Shown here: in pieces, positions 41,596-54,825 of the stretch
Position numbering within the stretch: the stretch's first letter is position 1
Layout of the letters: every line of letters begins with the position of its first letter
Source: the human T2T-CHM13v2.0 reference genome, Homo sapiens
Length of the DNA: 64,000 nt
Assembly: GCF_009914755.1 (NCBI RefSeq)
Contig: NC_060930.1
Reading direction: 5' to 3' (one strand)
Position numbers and translations under genes: made by a program
Notes under the pieces: generated by a model
The model's input: only the letters and a program-made list of their open reading frames with translations
What the model was told of the DNA's origin: nothing
Databases searched by the model: none

Positions 41596-42529
41596 TAGTT
41601 TCTGCCTTGGAAAACATTATGTTCTCCATTTAACTTCAGCACTTTGTTTTGCCCTAAGGTTCTCTTATTTATGCTGATTGACATATTTTCTGTTTTTATT
41701 AACCAGTGGGTCACATACTGTAGTGCAGTGTTTTGTCTTTTTAAGTAAACATTCACAAGAGGTTTGACAGCTTGCAGAAATGTGTTAAGTATTTGCCCAC
41801 CTAATGCAGTTCCTTGAAGATAATTGACTGTCATTGGATCATTTTAGCTCATTGTTCTACAAAAAACTAGCTTATAATAGTTTCAAAAACTGAGATTACC
41901 ACATATAGAGAAATATGATCAAGTCCTTGGTGTAGCAATTTTCTTCAGAATCAGTGCTTGGAGCAATATGAAACTATCTAATTTGGGGAGAATTAATAAC
42001 ACTGCTGCATCTTTAAAGAAAAAACAAGTATGTAAAAATCCTTAAAGTGAAACAATATATTTTAAAACATATCATTTCAACTGTACCTATTACTTAAACA
42101 AGTGAAAAGATAAACTGATTTTCAATATGCAGAACCTAGCAATGAAAATCAACAAAGCCAGATAAGATTATTTTTAAAGCAATTAAGAGATGCCATAAAG
42201 GATAAACTAAGATTGCATACTCTTAGAATTTTACAACTAGAAGGGACTCCTGAAATCAAGGTTTCAGTTAGAAACATTTATTTAGGAATAAAGCTACAGC
42301 TTCTTTGAATTTTAAGGTCTAGACAACCCAGAGAACATATCCCCCTCTATACTAAAACATGTGGCTTGAGGCATGTTTCAATATAACATTATAATTTTCT
42401 TTGACTCAATATAAATATCATGACAATAGTCAATTATGTAGTCCTTCCAGGTAAAGAAATAATTTCTTATGTCTTTTACTAACATTAGTTTCTAGCATCA
42501 TCTTCCACCTTAACATTTGACATTGATGT

Positions 42530-43080
42530 ATACAGAACAGAAACCTCACTCAAACTAAGATGAGCAACCAAACAAAAGTAGGGGCAGGGGATAGAATGAA
42601 TGATAACGTTACTAAAAGGTACGGGGCCCACCCTGATGTAGGCTGGGCCTAAACAATGTCACCAAGACTTCCCTTCTCTTTCTGTTTGTGCATTGGCTTC
42701 ACTTAGGCAGATTTTCTCTTCAGTTGATCAGCTCAATAACCCAGCGAACAAAAACCAGCTTCTCTTTCTCAGTAGTCACAGAAAACCCTTATAATTTAGT
42801 CTCATTGGGGTGACTAGAGTTATATTTCATTTCCCTTTAGTCCAGTACTCAGTCCACTTTGCATGGTGGTTCGGTCTCCTCAACTAAGCATTGTGGTCTG
42901 AAGGAAGGAAAACCCTGCTTTGGCCAGGTCGGATCACATGCACACTACTGGTCAGCAGCCCAGAATCACCTGGCCCGAGGCTTAGGAGAAGGTGGTTCCC
43001 AAGAGGGAGCTGTGGTGGTCTTTGCAGAAAAAGGAGGAGGACAGGATGAGGCCTAGTCAAGAATAGCAGATGTTTTCTAC
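42530..43080 (-). mobile_element. Old MaLR LTR (MLT1J/K-like)
   Basis: aacagaaacctcactcaaactaag start, ttggccaggtcggatcacatgcacac internal motif and cagatgttttctac end. Confidence 0.55.
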
Positions 43081-43380
43081 TCTTGAATTTCATAATTCTC
43101 TTACTTTCTTACTTTTACTACTCATGTTATAATTTTTTCCACTCATGTAACCATTAGAGACAAAGAGTCTCTGTGCCAACTCTTATCAAATTATAATGGG
43201 CTGAATGTTTGTATCCCTCCAAAATGCATACGTTGAAACTGTAATCCAAATGTGATGGACATTTGGGAGTAATTGGTCATGACGGAGGTAATTAAGTCAT
43301 AATCACTGAAGAATGGGAATAGTCCTCTCATAAGAAGAGGCCAGAGAGCTAGCTAGTTTTCTTTTCCCCATGTGAAGATA

Positions 43381-44433
43381 TGTATTAGTGACAGTTCTTC
43401 AGAGAACCAGAACCAATAGGATATACACAGTTGACCCTTGAACAATGCAGGGGCCCTGCACTGTCAAAAATCCACATATAACTTTTAACTTCCCCAGAAA
43501 CTTAACTACTAATAGCCTACTGATGACCAGGAACCTTACAGACAATATAAACAGTCAGTTAATGCATATTTTCTATATGTGTTATATACTGTTTGCTTAC
43601 AATAAAGTAATCCAGAGAAAAGCCAACATTATTAAGAAAATCATAAAGAAGAGAAAATATATTTACTATTCGCTAAGTGGAAGTGAATCACCATAAAGGC
43701 CTTCATCCTTGTCATCTTCACATCGATTAGGTTGAGACGGAGGAGGAAAAGGAGGTGGTCTTCCTGTCTCAGGGTGGCAGAGGCAGAAGGGGTAGAGCAG
43801 GTAGAATGGGAGGCAGGAGAGGTAGGGACATTCAATGGAACTCTTACTGAAAAAAGTCTGCACATAAATGGACCCAAATCATTCAAAACCGAGCTGTGCA
43901 AGGGTCAACTGTGTGTAGACATATAAGGAGAGCTATTATGGGAAATTGCTTATTTGGTTATGAAGGTCAAGTCCCACCATTTACTCTCTGTAAGCTGGAG
44001 ACCCAGAAAATCTGATAGGTGTAATTTAGTCTTAGTTTGAAGGCCTGAAAATGGTGGGAGCTGCCGTATAACTCCTAGTTTAACACCGAAGTCTGAGAAT
44101 AGGGATTGGTGGGGGTAGGGCAGGTCGCTGTTATAATTTTTAGAGTCCAAAGCTCCAAGAACCATGAACTCTTCATCGAAGGGTCGAAGAAAATGAATGT
44201 CCTAGCTCCAGAAGAAAGAATGAATTAGCCCTTCTTCCATCTTTTTGTTCTATCTGGGCCCTCAGTGGATTGGATGATGGCTGTCCACGTTGGTACAGGC
44301 AGATTTTCTTTACTCAGTCCAAAGCTAATCTCTTCCATAAATACCCCCATAGACATATCCAGATATAATGATTTACCAGCTATCTGGATATCCCTTAATC
44401 TAGTCAAACTGACACATAAAATTCACCACCACA
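43381..44433 (-). mobile_element. MLT2 (ERVL) LTR nested in MLT1A and split by Tigger2a
   Basis: tgtattagtgacagttcttcagagaaccagaaccaataggat...tagtcaaactgacacataaaattcaccaccaca. Near-TSD agata/tgata. Confidence 0.88.
43428..43911 (+). mobile_element. Tigger2a-like MITE
   Basis: TIRs cagttgacccttgaaca / tgtgcaagggtcaactg. Internal aacttaactactaatagcctactg matches Tigger2. Confidence 0.9.
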
Positions 44434-44696
44434 TGATACAAAGAAAAGTCAGCAGCCTGTGACTCAGAAGAGGAACCTCATTAGAACCTGACCATGCTGG
44501 TACTCTGTTCTCAGCCTTCCAGTCTCTAGAACTGTGAGAAATAAATGTTTGTTGCTTAAGCCACCCAGTCTGTAGTATTTTGTTATGAAAGCCTGAGCAG
44601 ACTAAGATGCAAACTAGGCCTCAAAACAGACTTTTTTTTTGGTTAGACCTTTTCTAACCAAAACTTATTCCTTGTTGAAAAATGTGCCTCTTGGCC

Positions 44697-44950
44697 TAAC
44701 CCTCTTTGCATCCATGGGGTGGATGCAAATCACACTTGATCATAGTGAATAATCATTTTAATGTACTATTTAATTCAGTTTGCTAATGTTTTGTTGAGAT
44801 TTTTTACATCTGTATTCATCAAGGATATTGTTCTGTGTTTTCCTTTTTTGTAGTGTTCTTGCCTGACTTTGATATCAGAGTAATGCTGGCCTTGTAAAAA
44901 TGAATTTGGAAGTATTCTCTCTTTTTCAATTTTTCTGGAAGAATTTGAGC
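44697..44950 (-). mobile_element. L1 ORF2 fragment
   Basis: cacttgatcatagtgaataatc...gtattcatcaaggatattg...gtaatgctggccttgta...tttggaagtattc is antisense ORF2. Confidence 0.9.
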
Positions 44951-45002
44951 TCACTTTGAACTTGGGGAGATAGGCAGTGAATATTTGAAAGTTTTTAAGT
45001 CA

Positions 45003-45306
45003 TTTTTTCTTTCTTTCTGTTTTTTTCCAAGACGGAGTCTCACTCTGTTGCGCAGGCTGGAGTGCAGTGGTATGATCTCCATGGCCACCTCCGTCTCCCT
45101 GGTTCAAGCGATTCTCGTGCCTTGGCCTTCCAATTAGCTGGGACTACAGGCATGCGCCACCATGCCCAGCTAATTTTTGTATTTTTTGTACAGACGGGGT
45201 TTCACCATGTTGGCAAAGCTGTTCTTGAACTCCTGGCCTCAGGCAATACACCTGCCTTGTCCTCCCAAAGTGCTGGGGTTACAGGCGTGAACCACCCAGC
45301 CTGGCC
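45003..45306 (-). mobile_element. Alu (old S/J type)
   Basis: Dimeric antisense Alu with near-TSD taagtca(t/c)tttt. Confidence 0.93.
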
Positions 45307-45319
45307 TATAAGTCACTTT

Positions 45320-46969
<1,650 letters not shown>

Positions 46970-47057
46970 CTAACTCAGAATGTGAAGAATAAATATTATA
47001 CATGAAGTACTTAGCCCAACATTCAGCACACAGATGTTCATTCCTATATTTATGGGT

Positions 47058-47418
47058 TGTCTAGGTATGCTTAGGCTGCTCTAACAAATTACTATGGAAT
47101 GAGTGGCCTAAGTAACAAACCTTTATTTCCCACAGTTTGGGAAGCTGAGAAGTCCAACATGAAAGTCCCCGCAGATCTGGTCTAGTGAAGGGCCTATTAC
47201 AAGTTCATAGACAACCATCTTCCCTCTGTGTCCTCACACGTATGAAGGACTGAGAGGCTCTCTGGGGTCTCCTTTATAAAGGCACTACTCCCATTCATGA
47301 GGATTTCACCATCATGACCTGATCACCTCCCAAAGATCCACTTCCTGATGCCATCAAATTAGAGGTTAGGATTTCAACGTATGAATTTGGAAGGGACACA
47401 AATATTTAATCTGTCACA
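47058..47418 (-). mobile_element. MLT1A0-like MaLR LTR
   Basis: aggctgctctaacaaattact...ctttataaaggcactactcccattcatgagg...gatttcaacgtatgaatttggaagggacaca. Confidence 0.88.
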
Positions 47419-47484
47419 TGACCCATTATAACTTAAATGTATGACTGCTAGTGCCTCCACAGTGCATGAGTAGTTTTGTTTTCT

Positions 47485-47795
47485 TTTTTTTTTTCCTTTT
47501 TTGGGGGGCATTGGGGGACAGAGTCTCATTCTGTTGCCCAGACTGGAGTGCAGTGACACAATTTTGGCTCAGTGAACTTCTGCCTTCCAGGCTCAAGCTA
47601 TGCTTATGCCTCAGCCTCTTGAGTAGCTGAGATTACAGGAGTGCACCACCACAACCAGCTAATTGTTGTATTTTTAGTAGAGACAAGGTTTTGCCATGTT
47701 GGCCAGACTGGTCTTGAACTCCTGGCCTCAAGTGATCTGCCTGCCTTGGCCTCCCAAAGTGCTGGAATTACAGGTGTGAGCCACCATGCCAAGCT
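47485..47795 (-). mobile_element. Alu (J/old S type)
   Basis: Antisense dimeric Alu. Perfect TSD agtagttttgttttct at 47469-47484 and 47797-47812. Confidence 0.93.
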
Positions 47796-48200
47796 TAGTA
47801 GTTTTGTTTTCTATAACAAATTTTTTAAGTTGAAACTAGCCCAACGCCTTGTGGGGATCAATGCTGGTTACTAAATGCACATGATACCAAAAGTTGATAT
47901 GTATTTTTGAGTATGACAGATAGTCGGTTCGAATTTCAGAATACTTTAGTGTTTCATCCAAGGAAGCAAACTTTGGGATATGTAAGAATGGTGCTTGGAC
48001 TTCATTGATCTTATTACTTCTGCCCAGAGTCTTCTGCCTTCTTTCCTTAGCTCGTTTCATTTGGCCTCTCTTTTTATGGCTAACTCCTTCATGAAGCTTT
48101 CTCTTTTCCAACCCACATTAATATCTCTCAACACTTATGCACTTGAAAATCTGACCATAAGGTCTGTTTTTAAATTTTTTTTTCTAAGACTTTACATGTA

Positions 48201-48535
48201 CAGTTGTCCCTTGGCATCTGTGGGAGATTGGTTCCAGGACCCTCATAAATACAAAATCTATAAATGCTCAAGTCCCTTATATAAAATGGTATAGTATTTG
48301 CGTATAACCTTCATATATCCTCCTGCATAGTTTAAATCATTTCTAGATAGGTTATAATACATAATACAATGTAAATGCTATAAAAATAATTGTCATACTA
48401 TCTTCTTTATGGAATAATGGCAAGAAAAAGTCTGTGCGCATTCAATACAGATGCAACCATATTTTTTTTTCTATTTTCAATCCACAGTTGATTGCACCCA
48501 TAGATGTGGAAGCCATGGATAAGGAGGGCCAACTA
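48201..48535 (+). mobile_element. MER2 TcMar-Tigger MITE
   Basis: ta|cagttgtcccttggcatctgtgggagattggttccaggaccc...gctcaagtcccttatataaaatgg...ccatggataaggagggccaacta. Confidence 0.9.
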
Positions 48536-48539
48536 CACT

Positions 48540-48685
48540 TATTGTATCTTTCCAATTAGATTTTAAGCTGCCTTAAGGCAAGGATCATATTCAATCTATT
48601 TTTTTATCTAGGACAGTAGTTAGCACATTGCTGAGTTCACAAGAGGCTTTGAGAAAAAGACTGGTTGATTGGCTCACTAATTAAG
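48540..48685 (+). mobile_element. L2 LINE 3' end
   Basis: caattagattttaagctgccttaaggcaaggatcat...ttagcacattgctgagttcacaagagg. Confidence 0.65.
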
Positions 48686-49866
48686 TCACATTGAATTTTT
48701 AAATTTGTAGTTCAATTTACTAGTTTATTTGTAGTCTGGCACTCAAATCAGTAGTTTTCTTTTTCAGTATTACACCACTGGCCTTTAAAGCATGACAATT
48801 ATGTTATAGAATGTCAGCTATGGTGTGGAATCTCTGAATTGTTTATTGGGATGAAAGAGTAAACAAAGCCAACGACTTCCTTTAATTAGAAGGCTTTTGA
48901 AATTACAGTGCATGAATTGCCAGGTTGCCCTTAAGAAATACTGGATTTTTTTGCCATTTAAATGCTCCAAAACCAATACTTCATTAGACTTACTGTCACT
49001 TCCATGTGTCTGTTTACACTGAAAAGTACAATGATAGCACCAGTGACCTGAAATAATTGCCATGTAAGTTTGATTCTGATGAAAGTTCAATTTTTGCTGA
49101 GAGATGCCTGGAGCTCAACTCACTGCACTGACAGCAGCCTGTAAGTTTCTCTCTTTTTCTGACCTTGTAAAGAGGGAGCAGGAGCAGTTCAGGAAGACAG
49201 ACCTGTGAATTCCCTCCCTTCCTCCTCACTGCTTCCCTCAGGCGTGAAGCAACAGTTCTGGCTTCAGAATGAAATGAATCATTATTCTACTTTTCGTGAT
49301 AAGGTATGGGATGCCGATGAGCAATCTGCTGCCGATGGGCAGCTAGCCATGGCAGGTCAGAGAGCAGGCCTGCGGAGACTGCCCTTCCGTGGAGCCACGC
49401 AGAAGAGGCCATCCCTGGACTTTACAAGCAGAAAATAACTACTGAACTAGAAATCTCTCAAAAAATTCAAACGCCCAAGTAATGACTATTGAACACAAGA
49501 AACACATAACAGGAGAAATGAGAAAGAATTGTAAAAATGTAGACATGAAATGGTTTCTCTTTAGCAAGGCTTCTTAACTATTTTCTGCCCTGAAGCTCTT
49601 TGCAACTGAGTCTTTATTGAGTATGATTTATTTATTTGTTTACCCCTTCAGCAGGCCAGCCCTAGGCAAAACTCCTAAAGTAGAAATAATCGCCTCCTAT
49701 GTCCTCCCCAGAACCTCTATCTGGTCTCATATTAAGCTTCCTCCATGACCTCTTGTTGTCCACTGGATAACCAAACCCTGCATAGGGATTTTCCACAGAT
49801 GTTCTAGGGGGTCTCATGCCCTCAGTCTTTGCTACCTCCTGACCCCTTCCAAGCAGGGCAATCCCC

Positions 49867-49915
49867 TTCCCTTGCCTGAATTACTTAAGTAATTCCCTTG
49901 CCTGAATTACTTAAG
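49867..49915. repeat. Perfect 23-bp direct duplication with an 18-bp palindrome at the junction
   Basis: ttcccttgcctgaattacttaag taa ttcccttgcctgaattacttaag; palindrome gaattacttaagtaattc at 49878-49895. Confidence 0.95.
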
Positions 49916-50879
49916 ACTCGCCCAATTGCTACTAACAGAAAAATTCATGAGCTAGCTAACCCAAAAGGAGAATTTATCGTAAGGATGCAGGGGTGTTTCA
50001 TGCACTTCAAGGGCTAGAGGCTGCTAGGCTTCAAACACAGACTGGAATTACAGATGATCAGAACCTCTCTCACGCTTCTTTGCTGCTTCTCAACGGATTT
50101 TGAGTTTCAGTTTTTTCTCTCTTTGACTCTAAGAAATGCCTTCCATTCTGTGGGGTTCATGTGGCAAACAAACAAATAAACAATAAGGCAAAACATGTGA
50201 AATAAAAAGCAAATAAGCATGACTCACAGCAAAAGTCCACACGACACAGCCAGCAATCTGGAGCAAGATTTGCTTATGTGAAATTTCAGCTTTATGGGAA
50301 AAAGTTGTATGGACTAGCTTTAACAACATGGATAACCCAACCCAACTAATGTAAACACAGCTGCCTGCCACCCTGTGACCACGTGGAAGGGAAGAAGCAG
50401 TTCCTAGAAAATGGGGGCAAAAAGCCAGTAGGTGTCCACTTTTCTACCATCGTCTTCAAAGACACCATGCAGTTTCTCTTCCCCAGGCATGAACTCTATG
50501 AGCTCACAGCTGCTTCACTCCTGTTAACAAACCATATCTCAGAAGAAAAATTGGAAAATTCTCCTAAACTGAGAATTAGAATGGTGGAAGAGGAAATTAA
50601 AGTTCCTCAAATCACAGCAAGAAGCTGGAGAGTTAATCTGATGACCCTGAACTTAGCTTGTTCTACATGTGATGAAATTGATTTTAAGTAATAAACTTCC
50701 ACAAAGTCATTATTGTCCTCTCCTTGGTGAAAGCTGGTTGTTAGTGTCCCCAGTTATAGCACCACAAGTTGTTTTCCTTTTTCCTGGAACTCTGTTGCTT
50801 GCTTTAGTAAATGTTTTATTTATACTTTTAAAAGTATACATATTTACTTTATTGTTTGCAGTATTTTTATAAACACACA

Positions 50880-52400
50880 CAGTATATATCTATGTCTATC
50901 TCTTTAGGTGTTAAAACAGGTTTGTTGTTTAAATCTGTATGTTTACTATCTTTTGTGTATGCTTGATTTATCAGTTTCTGACACTATCATTGTGAACTTG
51001 TCAATTGCTTTGTCAAATTCTGCTGGATTCTGCTTCCCTTTCATGCGTGCTCTCTCTCTCTCCTCTCATCTTTGTATATTAGGCTACATTGTTAGAAATA
51101 AGCTCATGATTATCTGTGCCTTTTGAATATTTTCTTTTGTTCATATGTAGTATGTGCTTTTATGCCAGTTGATGCTTTTTGCTTAAATTCTGTATTTACT
51201 GAGTTTCACACTGCTACATCTTAAGGGTCATTGTCATAGTTACTAGTATTTGCCTAGTAAATCTTTTTAATTACCTTTAATATTTTCATGTAATTTTGTT
51301 TTTAGATAAATATTTTCTAAGCAGTAAGTGTGGAATGATATCTCATTTATTTGTCCATTCTCATAATCTCTCATTTTAAATGTGAGCCTAATCCAATTAT
51401 TCATTGTCATTATGGCTGTATTTTCACTAATTCTAAATAGTTTATTCAATACATTCAGTTTCCTATCCTTTTATAGTCAATAGTTAGTTTAATTTTGTAT
51501 GTTCCTTCTTTTTGTCTTACAGTCCATCTTTTCCTCTGTGTCTGTTTTTCATCTCGGTAAATTCACCTTTTAATTTATTATTATTATTTTTTTTGGTAAG
51601 TATCTGTAGGGAAGACTACCTTAGTTATTTTCTGAGGGTGTCTTTATTTGGCCTTTATTCTAATAATAGTTTAGCTTGGTAGAAATGTCTTGGTTTTCTT
51701 GGCAGTAGGAAAACATCTTTTTCTTCTAAGGTCACTTGTTGCACGTGAAAGAATCTGCTCTCCATCCGATTGGTATTCCTTTGTAAATAGTTGGCTCTTT
51801 CCATCTAAGAGCTTTATTTATTTATGTTTGTTTGCTTATTTATTTATTTAATCCTAAAAGTCATTCTGATATGTTTACATGCAGCATTCACCTAATGCTT
51901 GAAAAGCACTTTTCAATTTAAGAACATACCCATTTTGAAAATTTTCAACTATTATTCAGATAGTTTATCTGCCATTGCCTCCATCATCTTCAGTGAGAAC
52001 TCACTGTTTTATCTCTGAAAAACCCCTCAAACTAATAATTGTGTCCTTTATCTGACTTTTAGTATAACTTTAAAGATTAAATCGTTGGGTGCTGCACTCT
52101 GAATTTATATTGCAGGGCTATATTCTAGTATACTAATTTTCTCATTCGCTCGGTTTAACTAGACTTTACCCATATTTTTTCCCCTTTTATTTAATGATTG
52201 TATTTTTCGTTTTCAAAATATGTAATTGCATATGTTCATAGTCAGTTACTCTTGTTTTATTTCTGCTTGCTATTGTTTTGTAAACTTGCTCTTTTTTAAT
52301 GGAAAGTATTCCTTCATCTATCACATCAAACTTCTTAAACATACTTTTACATAATCTTTGTCAGACTCATCCATGGAATTAATTTCATTTGAAATGAATG
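50880..52400 (-). mobile_element. Highly diverged L1M fragments
   Basis: T-rich antisense L1-like text such as tgatttatcagtttctga...tcaattgctttgtcaaattctg...ttaaattctgtatttactgag...aatagtttagcttggtagaaat. Confidence 0.5.
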
Positions 52401-53033
52401 GTAAGGCAAGAATTATGTCTATCCATACATTCCTAATGTGTAGCACATATTTGACACTAAGTAGAGATTCAGAAAAATGTTTAATGAATGAATATGTCAG
52501 TGTTCACTTTTTGTATAATCAGAGATATTTAATGGTCATCTAGAGTTTAGAGGTTATGTAGTTCACTACTACTCTTGTCCAATGATGAGAGAACTGAAAC
52601 TCAGAAAAATATTATCACTTCTCTAATTAAACAAACACTCCTTTGGAAACCACCAGTGGACCTCAGGTTGCATAATATCTCTCCTGCTGCCTTCATTCTA
52701 TTCCATCTCAAAATACTCTCTCTTTTTTTTTTCATTCAGTCATTTACTTATTCATTCATACATGTATGCTCTCACTTATTTTTAGGATTTTCCTTTTGCA
52801 TGTATACAAGTTAATCAAATTAATCCTCAGGAATAAATTTTTCACTCAGGATGGTATTTTATAACGTGCAATAAATTCAGACAATGTTTGTATTACTATA
52901 AATAAAAACCTCGTTAAAAACAAGTAAGAAGAATTTTATTACATTTTAGTTAATTTATTTAACAAATATTTTTAATAGTGATTAAAGAAAGGAAATGGCA
53001 AGATCCATTATAGATTTTTAAGCCATGTTGTAA

Positions 53034-53415
<382 letters not shown>

Positions 53416-53829
53416 TAGTGTCTTCTGTAGCAGAAAGGATGTGGATTTTACATTTTGATTTCTAAGCAAATTAATGATGTAGCCATAAAGCATAGCAGGA
53501 TATAGTGGGCTATAAAGAAACCAATTTAAGTAATTTGTGCAAATACTTTAAAGTTTTATGAATTAAATTTCAAACAAATTCTCTATGACAAGGCAACTTC
53601 CTCATAGAGCACAGCTCTAGTCATTTTGATGTACAGATAGGAAATTAAAAAATTCAAATTAAGAAATTAAGTCTCATGGGTCTACATCAGCTGATTTGTA
53701 ATTTGCTTTATCTTTAAAAACAGTTTTCTTGAATTTAATATGCCAGCAGTTATAAAGCTATCTTTCTCTCTGCTATCTACTGATAATTTTGCATATCTGT
53801 AATGATCTATGTTCTTTTTATTTTAAGGA

Positions 53830-54435
53830 AATATAGTTCACCAGGATGGTTGAGAACAAAAGTATTGTGGTGAAACAAACCTAGGTTTTAACCCCACTGT
53901 AGCCATGTACTACTATGCAATAGCATGCAAGTTACATCACCTCTGTAAGACTCAGTTAACAGGTCTGCGAAACTGGGATAAGAATATACAGACAGTTCCT
54001 GACTTACAATGATTTGAATTATGATTTTTTGACTGTACAATGGTGAGAAAGTATGGTTTCAGTAGAAACTGTACTTCAAGTACTCATACAACTATTCGGT
54101 TTTTCACTTTCATTATAATATTTAATAAATTACATGAGATATTCAACACTTTATTATAAAATAGGCTTTGTGTTAGATGATTTTGCCCAACTGCAGGCTA
54201 ATGTAAGTTTTCTGAGCACATTTAAGGTAGGCTAGGCTAAACTATGGTGTTTGGTAGGTTAGGTGTATTAACTGCATTTCTGCTTAAAATATCCCCTTTT
54301 CAACTTATCATGGGCTTATCAGGACATAAACTTGTAAATGGAGGAGCATCTGTATATGCCACAGTTTTCCTCTGAAAAGAAAATGAGATAATGTGTTATA
54401 AACTATTTAGTACTCAGTAAATGTTACACAGTTCT
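53830..54435 (+). mobile_element. MIR SINE interrupted by MER47A
   Basis: aaacctaggttttaacccc...caagttacatcacctctgtaagactcagtt...aactgggataa | ...aaatgagataatgtgttataaactatttag. Confidence 0.65.
53989..54352 (-). mobile_element. MER47A-like Tigger MITE
   Basis: TA|cagacagttcctgacttac...gaggagcatctg|TA with TA target duplications. Reverse-complement homologue of 2858-3204. Confidence 0.88.
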
Positions 54436-54689
54436 TACTAGAGTTATTTCCATTTTTACATACACACATATACACACACACACCTCCCTCTGTCAGCCAG
54501 TATTTCTAAAATATTTCTACTGTTATTATTGATCATTTAAAGTACTTTTTACTGATTCATTAAAAATCTCCCCAGTGGGGAACTGTGCAATATTTTAGGG
54601 TGGTAGTCTCTATATTATTGAAGTTAAAATATTGAGTGTTTTGGTCAGATAAGCAAGGGTGAGACACAAAATAGCATGAGCAGCTAACT

Positions 54690-54825
54690 TCTCTAAACTC
54701 CAGTTTCCCCATTCATACAACAAAAAGGATAATAGCACTATATAAGTTGCTGAGCGTATAATTTATATAGAGGGTTAGTCCAGTGTATGGAACATATTAA
54801 GTACTCAGTTAATATAACCTATAAT
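54690..54825 (+). mobile_element. MIR fragment
   Basis: taacttctctaaactccagtttccccattc...gataatagcac...cagtgtatggaacatattaagtactcagtt. Confidence 0.6.

Larger units (their letters stand above)
43192..44609 (+). mobile_element. MLT1A-type MaLR LTR, split (43192-43380 and 44434-44609)
   Basis: gggctgaatgtttgtatccctccaaaatgcatacgttgaa ... ccttccagtctctagaactgtgagaaataaatgtttgttgcttaagccacccagtc. Confidence 0.85.
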
